From Eledone cirrhosa (taxonomy: Eukaryota): a stretch of 64,000 bases of DNA. The notes beneath the pieces are model-generated. The model had not been told where the DNA came from and made no database searches. It was given only the letters and a program-made list of their open reading frames with translations. Of this stretch, positions 55,497 through 64,000 are shown piece after piece. The stretch spans positions 2,170,001 to 2,234,000 of the forward strand of contig OZ024742.1 of the NCBI GenBank assembly GCA_964016885.1. The letters run 5' to 3'. The stretch's first letter is position 1. Every line of letters starts with the position of its first letter. The position numbers and the translations under genes are program-made.

Positions 55497-56112
55497 ATGG
55501 TGGCTGCCAACTCGTTTTCGACTATGGCCATTACTTTATATCCACGTAGGAGAACCCCTACAGATGCGCTGAACGAGTGTAACTTTTTAGTCCAGCCAGC
55601 GACTTGAAAACTCTGGTACAAACACTACACTTGTGACAATTATTGACACATAGTGCTGGGCCCATGGTACCATGTGACGACAAGTGCAGACAGATCAGAG
55701 ATCTCCAGATATAAAGCAATGCCTGTGCCGTGAAGCTTTTATAGTGAGCAAAGGCACTGCACAAAGCCAGTCCCACTCTCTTAACAAAGATGATATTTAC
55801 CAAAAAGAAGAACAAGTCAACATCATTGGATACCATCTGGGTTGCAGGTGTTATATCAGAGTTTACCTTCTCCTAGAATTCTGCCTTGACAAAGGCTAAG
55901 GGATCATCTCTCCCGGTGATTTTGGATGGCCATTGACTCTTAAGAGCTCCTTTGCCCTTTGACAGGTTTTGTTTTTAGTCCTGCAGGATGTCCAAAGTCA
56001 CCCTCCTCACCAAGAAACCTTGGTGGGGCTGCCAGTTTAGTCGCCAATGACCCGACCATGAGACAGGTTGTACTGGGATACATGTTACCAGTAGCACCAA
56101 CTGGTGACCTGA
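55497..56112 (-). mobile_element. Family R element, full length
   Basis: Matches 49813-50420. Confidence 0.85.
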
Positions 56113-56916
56113 AATAACAGGGATATATACAGATATATACCTGACACAGATATATATACATACATACGCACATACACATACACATACACATACACACATA
56201 CATATATAACATATATATACATACATATATATATATATACATATATGCATGCATACATACACACATGCATACACACATAAATTCACGCTTACATATATAC
56301 ATGCATACAAATACACACACACACACATATATATATATATACATACACACATAGATACATACATATATACATACAGTATATATATACATACATACTTGCT
56401 TTCGTGACTTGTGAAAATAAAAAAAACCCAAACACTTGTCATGTTTTGTCCGTTTTCTGGTGTAATGATTGGTGTCGGGTTGTCTGGGGGACGTTGGGTT
56501 GGCTATTTGGTGGGGTTGCAGGGATTTTGGGGGTATGTAGGGTGGGGAAGATATAGCGAGTTTTGAGGGCTGCTGGAATCAAGTAGTTGTTTGTAAAATC
56601 TGATTAGTAAGAAAGTAGTTTGTGAAATTATGTGAAAGATGAAGTCAAGATAGACTTAGTCAAATAACAGACTGAGGAACATCTGGAGAAATGGAGTAAG
56701 AATGGACGTAGCTGTGTGTCTGTACGTATGTGTATGTGTCTGTATGTATGTGTGTGTCTGTATGTATGTGTGTGTGTATGTGTAGACACACGTCGACGGA
56801 GATACACACATACATGCACATTCACACACATTCATATATATAACCAAATTCTATGATATATATCTATATATCCACGCACACACATATATATGTGTATATA
56901 TGGGATGTATATATGT

Positions 56917-58083
56917 ATTCGGCGCTAAGTTCAGATACATAAGGAACGAACTACACGTATCCGGAACAAATGCACCGACGCTAGAGACCGAGACAGACAC
57001 ACCACACATTTCCTGGAAGTACTCACACTGAACGGATACACGACATCCACCACAAACCGTGCCAAAAAGAACAGAGGACACCACTCCCGAGGCACTAATA
57101 CTTGCTTCCTGAAGCTCCCACACTTCAGTGACGAAACAACAACAGCCATCCGCAGAGCTATCAGACGAGAGGGACTAGATATCCAACTAGCTCACTCAGG
57201 TCCTTCTCTACGCGGACAGCTAACCAAAAGACACTCCACCAGACATGACAACCGCTGCAGGCTAGCCGCCCCATCAACGACACAGAGCTATGCCACCAGG
57301 CTTACGTCGTGTACAGACTAGAGTGCGACAAAACAAATGCAGCAACTTCTACGTAGGTAGCACCACCAGACCACTCCACATAAGAATAAAAGAACACCTC
57401 AATACTAACGCTTCCTCATTTAAGAAACACCTAGTTAAATGCAAAAACACCGACAAAACCATAACAGTTAGGATAGAAACTAATGAAAGAAACTTCGGCA
57501 ATCTTAGAATTAAGGAAGCACTAATTATAGACAAAACGCTACCACCAATCAATAATAGACTAGAACTCAACACCCAATTTATAACTTGATAGAGAATAAA
57601 GCCCCATATTTACACCCCCTCTCACACACACGCACACACACACGCATACACACACACACGCTTACACCTCCACTTACACACATACACACACACATACTTA
57701 CACCTTCACGCATTCTCCCACACACTTAAACAGGCATGTACAAAAAAAAAACCTTTTAAAGGGAGACTACTCTTTATGCACCTAACCCTAACTCTTTGAT
57801 ATTAGAGATAGACAGATACTCTATACCATTTCCTGTCAGCATGACTTGGCAAGCTATTTAGAACACTGGTTTAACCGCTTTACTTCCCTCCGAAGAAGAG
57901 ATATTATCTCGAAAATTAAGGACATTTAAATAAATCTAAGGTAAAAGACTAATTGTCAACAATATCTTTTGCATTTGCATTCTTTATTCTATGTCCATAC
58001 GTGCATTGTTTTGGCTTTATTATACATATACAAACGTTTATACCTCATTACACAATGCTTCAAGTGAACTATAACTTCCTCCA
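56917..58083 (+). mobile_element. 5'-truncated PLE (thumb + GIY-YIG, frameshifted) with 3' pLTR
   Basis: RIRNKC..LNGY, LKLPH, VVYRLEC, FYVGSTTRPLHIRIKEH, LRIKEALII..PPIN. Confidence 0.8.
57887..57921 (+). ncRNA. Minimal hammerhead-like motif (core CCGAAGA)
   Basis: CCT-CCGAAGA-A-GAGAT ATT ATCTC-GAA-AATT-A-AGG, upstream of AATAAA. Confidence 0.5.
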
Positions 58084-58138
58084 TATATATATATATATAT
58101 ATACGTATATCCACACACACACACATATATATATGGGA

Positions 58139-58187
<49 letters not shown>

Positions 58188-58217
58188 ACACACACACACG
58201 CGCATATATATATATAT

Positions 58218-58273
<56 letters not shown>

Positions 58274-58744
58274 CTCTCTCTGCTTTTCAGCCCCTTGGAT
58301 TGTGTCTATTATATTCCTTTGCTGGATAAATTTCGGAATACCTGATCATGTCACCGGATTCATATTGAACCTGGTCATTGAAATGTTTATAGTATAATAA
58401 ACCTTTCAAGGAATTTACACCAGTCCAGCCTCCTGTTATTTTGTAATAATTAACTCCGTACTCGCACTACCAACAATACAAACGAAGACGGGTGAGTTGT
58501 ATTACGTCAAGTGCTCTCCCTCATATTACATCAAGGTTGACTATACGGAATGACCAGTTCTAACCAATGGTGAACTAACAAACCTATATATATATATATA
58601 TATATATATCTATATCAGAATGGGGGCGGTAAAAACCAGTGTATATATATCGACAGTCGATCGACTGTCGTCAAATCGGACCGAGGAATCAATGTTTGCA
58701 TTGGTCTTTTCAATTGCTAATACTATCTATCGTTGCTTCAGGTA

Positions 58745-58857
58745 GAAGAAACCACGTGAAATAAAGTGCCTTGCTCAAGGAAATAATGCACCACCCGGTC
58801 CGGGAATCGAACTCACAACCTCACGATTGTGAATCCAATTCTTTAGCCACGCGCCTT
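58745..58857 (-). mobile_element. tRNA-derived SINE head
   Basis: Minus strand GTGGCTAAAG..GAGTTCGATTCCC..CCTTGAGCAAGGCACTT. Confidence 0.65.
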
Positions 58858-58934
58858 ATATATATACATTATTGTTATTTCTACAATTATGGGGCACATT
58901 TCTATATATCTAAAAGTAGACATTCAATACATCA

Positions 58935-58969
<35 letters not shown>

Positions 58970-59003
58970 TATATATATATATATATATATACATTATATA
59001 TAC

Positions 59004-59060
<57 letters not shown>

Positions 59061-59410
59061 TATATATACATATATACACACACCCGTTTCTGCATTTTCC
59101 ATTAAACATACAGTCTACTTCCTCTGTTCCTGTGTCCTTATAACCTTCATACATTGTATGGTTCTCTCAACATTCTACACTTCACTGAAGATATACATAT
59201 ATATACATACATGTATACATACATACATCGTATATACATACATATATATACATACACACACCCACGCACACACTTGCACACAGACAGACAGACACACACA
59301 CATATATATCGTATTGTTCTGATTGTCAATATTCTGTCCTTCACTGAAGATATACATATATATACATGTAGACACACACATGCGTATATATATACACACA
59401 CACATACCCG

Positions 59411-59450
<40 letters not shown>

Positions 59451-59489
59451 TACACACACGCACTCATATATATATATATATATATATAT

Positions 59490-59626
59490 AGTCCAGAATT
59501 AGCCGTCGAAACGGCTTGAGCTCAGCCGTCGGGGTCCTACTCGTTCCTATTACCCACTCTACTACCCCAAGTATTGAGTACTTTGGTGCGTTATGGTCCA
59601 CCTGGTTCCTTACCCATTTTCTTCGT

Positions 59627-59629
<3 letters not shown>
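59490..59629 (+). mobile_element. Family A mini-element, single long arm (140 bp)
   Basis: Starts at AGTCCAG directly after (TA)n and ends in (TA)n. Confidence 0.85.
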
Positions 59630-59663
<34 letters not shown>

Positions 59664-60599
59664 ATCCGTCTTTTAATACGCTCTATTTCATAACTTTCCC
59701 TCTTTCCCTCTTTCCCTCTTTCCCTCTTTCCCTCTTTCGCAGATCCTTTCAGTCCACCCGACGTCTCTTGTAAAATAAACCACATCTGTTTTTTATTTAG
59801 CCATGTTTAAACGCCTCTCTAAATTCACATTTAGCTTATGTCTTTCTCATTAAATATATCTTCTCGAATATTCTTTCTTAATATTCTTTTAGAGAAATTG
59901 CCATATTCGTTCCTTTGTGAAATTGTAGCTTGTTGTTTCGCCTCAGGTCAGCCATGATGAAAGGCATTCCAGCTGAGACTTGGCTGTCTATATTTCTTTA
60001 TCCTGTCTAATGTATCTAGGAATATATTATGTAGTTTGTCTTACTTCTATTAAGACGTTAATATGCGACTTGCAGGAAAAGTGGATGATTCAGAGACATA
60101 CAATTATATAAAACAATTGTATATACATACATAGACAGACATCCACGCGACCAGCCGCACATTTTGGCGTGGGAGACTATTCATTAAATTTAAGAAGAAT
60201 ACTATCTCCGACAGTAATGCCACAACTATAGTCATGTTGAATAACTGGATATTATTCTAACTATATCTACTGAAGACACATTTTATTCGAATTCGTAGAG
60301 ATATCCGACTAAATACATAATTCAATTTACAAGGATTTGCTAAAACAGCATGGCCTAACATCAACAACAACAATTTACCGAACACCAGAAAAGAAAACAA
60401 TTTACCGAAGAATATCAATGAGAAAGGTAAACAAAACTTATCCAGTTGCAGCTACAGAAGAAACCGAAATTATAAACCGCATTTCTCTTGGAGTTACGAA
60501 CTTAAGGATGATTTATTTAATTGTTATAAAATGGAAAAAAAAAAATCTCTCCGTTGACTATATGAACAGAATGAAGCTACACTGGGACGAAATGCAGAA

Positions 60600-61391
60600 T
60601 TAACGTTGAAGATGTCACCCATGTCATCAGCAGCTGTCCAAAGATGTCATCACTGTACTATCTACCTATGAGGCATGATTTAGCGCTCAAAACACTGTAC
60701 AATGCAATCTGTAGAAAAGGTAGCCCCGACAATAAACACATTAAAAGTTACAGCAATGAGGAAGACATATACATACATAATATGAAAGTATACTGGTGGA
60801 ATGTTCCAGTAAAACCCTCAATAAAATGCAAACATAACGTACCGGGTATAATGATATAAGACAGGGAAAAGAAGGCATGCTCAGTAGTGGAAGTTAGCTG
60901 CCTAGCAGATGAAAATATAATATCAAAGATTAGCGAAAAGGAGAATATTTATGCAGAATTAATGAGAAATCTGCACATACTCCATCCTGACAATACCTTC
61001 AGATTTATGCCTGTGATTATTGGGGCACTGGGATATGTTAGTAACTGCCTTAATACAAATCCTGAGAACCTGGGCTTCACAGGAACAGAAAGAACATGAT
61101 TAGTTAGGATATTACAAGTACAATCCATTAATGGAACAGTAAAATATTGAAAATTTTGCATTTAATAACTGCATATACATATGTACAGACACAAAGCATA
61201 TGCACATGCACACATATAACTCAAAACATACACATCTACAAATATATTAACATCCATACCTGCACATGCATACATACATATCTACCTAGTTGATGTTGTG
61301 TAAATTCCGATAAGAGAGTCTTGCAACTATGTTAGAAACCGACTCTCTCTCTCTATTGGCAAAAGTTTGTGAAATTATAAACCCAGAAGAA
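60600..61391 (+). mobile_element. R4/Dong-type 3' fragment (same family as 51604-52256), decayed
   Basis: EDVTHVISSC..MRHD..KISEKENIY; in-frame stops; ends CCAGAAGAA(CATA)n. Confidence 0.85.
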
Positions 61392-61838
61392 CATACATAC
61401 ATACATATATATGTATATATATACATATATATGTATATATATATATGTATGTATGTTCTTCTGGGTTTATACTATATATCATAGGACAATATGGACAATA
61501 CTATATATCATTTCACACCTTTTATTATTAATGTTTTTGATGTTCTCTTGAGAGAATCATTTTTGCTGAAAATATCGAATAATGTACACCATTTTTACCA
61601 GTATCACAAAAATACTGGTCCCCCCCACACACACATACACACACACACACACATATATACACACACACATACACATACACACGCGTACACTAACATACAA
61701 AGAGACATACACACACACACACACACACTTCTCCGTATAAGACAAGAGCTGAAAAATATCATTCAACATGTTAAAATATCCCCCACACACGTACAGACAC
61801 ATTCCTACTGACCGATCCCTCTACCACGAATTACTCTG

Positions 61839-61894
<56 letters not shown>

Positions 61895-62044
61895 TTGTAT
61901 TAATAGACACCTTAACTGTTGACCTTTCAACATGACTGCAATTCACACACACATCCCTACTGACCATTGTCACAACAATGAACCTCTTTACTACACACAC
62001 ACACATATTTGTCTTAAAATACTTATTTTTCAGTGACTTCTCAA

Positions 62045-62180
62045 TCAGGCGAAAAACGACTCTTCGACAAACCTACATTTGGCGCAAAATCAATTTTTAA
62101 CATTCACGTGACCTCTACCGACCAATCAAAATTGTTTTGACCACAAAAATGTTTGCAACACGAATTGGCGCGAAACTTAT
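62045..62180. promoter_or_regulatory. Promoter-like motif cluster (E2F, E-box, CCAAT)
   Basis: TTTGGCGC 62078, TCACGTGAC 62104, ACCAATCA 62121, TTGGCGCGAAA 62165; CpGs retained. Confidence 0.4.
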
Positions 62181-62464
62181 TTTAATACCTCTGGAGCCAC
62201 TTTTTTCCACATGAAACAGGTAGAATTTCCAAAACTGATCAGATTAGAGCAAACATCACGGGCGCTCTATCTCAAAATTATTTTTGAAAAGCATTAGAAA
62301 TGCGCAACCGGTAAAAACTTAAAACCAAAACTGAATACTAACCAATACTATTACTAATTTTTGCTTATTCCTAATTAAACTATTTTTCACTGGGAACAAT
62401 TTGTCAGCATTTTCTTTTCCTTTTACCAATATATCACAACTCGTGTGTTACACCTCTATTCTTT

Positions 62465-62538
<74 letters not shown>

Positions 62539-62648
62539 GTGTGTGTATATATATATATTATTATTATTATACTCTGCTCCGAAGGAGCATAGTGCTCAAC
62601 TGTAATACCGCCTATGGACGCATCCAAGCAACCTTGCTACAAATATAT

Positions 62649-62709
62649 AGTCCAGAAATAGCCGCCGAAACGGCTTGAGCTCTGCCGACGGGGTCATACT
62701 TTTTCCTAT
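62649..62709 (+). mobile_element. Family A mini-element, single short arm (~60 bp)
   Basis: Starts at AGTCCAG and ends at TTCCTAT, like the short arms of the hairpins. Confidence 0.8.
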
Positions 62710-62808
62710 ATACAAATATATATATATGGTGATTCAGTAGATTTGTGGTTTACTGAAGAAGGTACCAATATTAGCAATCTATTCTACAACAGATTGTATA
62801 CACATCCA

Positions 62809-62846
<38 letters not shown>

Positions 62847-63380
62847 TGTATATATATATATGTGTGTGTGTGTGCGTGTTTATTAATTCCGGACACATCT
62901 GTACAGCCAGCGAATTCAACTCACGATCTTATGAACGTGAGTACAACAATCTAAACAATAAGCCACATCCCTTCCTTAGCAACAAATGGTTGTCTAGCAA
63001 CAAGTGTACCATTGATCATTCCAGTAGGTTCTATCTTATAAAAGCATAGTATCATCACCAGGTACGGTACAGGAAGCGGCTCATCAAAGACACCTGCAAT
63101 GAATCTAGTTTTATCTAATTTAATATATTTAGTTTTCTGTTACTAAATATAAACATACATACATAAAATCATATATATAAATATATACATACATGTAAAT
63201 ATGCATACATACTTAAAAGCATACACATAAATATATACACATATGTAGATATAATACATAAAATCAAACACATAAATATATGCATACATGTAGATATATA
63301 TACATACATAGTTGAGTGAGGTATTGATTACATATTATCACTCTTGCAATCCAGTATAGATGTATGTAAATATATATATA

Positions 63381-63418
<38 letters not shown>

Positions 63419-63422
63419 TAAA

Positions 63423-63465
<43 letters not shown>

Positions 63466-63502
63466 GGATTGTATGTATGTATGTATGTATATATATATAT
63501 AT

Positions 63503-63626
63503 GTCAGGTCACCACTTGGTGCTACTGGTAACATGTATTCCAGTACAACCTGTCTCATGGTCGGGTCGTTGGCGACTAAACTGGCAACCCCACCAAGGTT
63601 TCTTGGTGAGGAGGGTGACTTTGGAT
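63503..63626 (+). mobile_element. Family R 5' fragment (leader only)
   Basis: GTCAGGTCACC...GACTTTGGA followed by (TA)n. Confidence 0.8.
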
Positions 63627-63792
63627 ATATATATATATATATATACATACATACAATCCGTTTTGTTCCTATTTACGGGATCTCTAAACCACCATTCTGT
63701 AATCTTTTGCTAAACATTTCTGTGAGATTCAAGGAATATTTCACTGCTATTTCTAGAACTGTTGGATCCGGCATAACAAACGACATAAGATA

Positions 63793-64000
63793 TCTTCTTC
63801 TTCTTCTTCTTCTTCTTCTTCTTGAGAGGGTCGTGGGGGCAGAGTCCTCAAACACACCTTCCAGCGTGACCTCTCAGAAGCAATCAACTCCAACTGATCC
63901 GGCCGGATCCCTAAACGAGACCAGCCGAGGTCATGGATATTATCCAACCATCTTGCTCGGGGTATCCCCTTGGGTATCCCCCCACCGGTCTGTCCAGTAA
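63793..64000 (-). mobile_element. RTE-clade LINE 3' end with (GAA)n tail; runs off the window
   Basis: RPVGGYPRDTPSKMVG / MDNIHDLGWSRLGI frames; homologous to 33900-34155. Confidence 0.75.

Overview
AT-rich eukaryotic DNA packed with microsatellites and retroelements. The (TA)n/(TATG)n load and the SINE set suggest a cephalopod (Octopus-like); this is inferred, not verified. A 200-N scaffold gap lies at 34779-34978. No intact host protein-coding gene is recognisable, and most long ORFs in the track are translated microsatellites. Content: (1) five decayed Penelope-like elements (PLEs): three Naiad-type, one Neptune/Nematis-type with an inverted 5' arm, and one 3' GIY-YIG fragment; (2) many short PLE-terminus insertions in (TA)n, several forming head-to-head hairpins; (3) type-I hammerhead ribozyme motifs from about nine families, folded by eye, including a U3-A8 core variant and one with a ~95-nt stem II; (4) a ~0.6-kb internally deleted RTE-derived element with (TATG)n tails and a conserved, covarying, possibly pseudoknotted 5' leader; (5) R4/Dong-type fragments in (CATA)n, a 5'-truncated CR1-type LINE, RTE 3' fragments with (GAA)n tails, tRNA-derived SINEs and several satellites, including a ~3.4-kb pure (TATG)n. 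The best candidates for undescribed biology are the fixed-end, hairpin-forming 'half-hammerhead' mini-element family and the structured RTE 5' leader, a candidate self-cleaving RNA.
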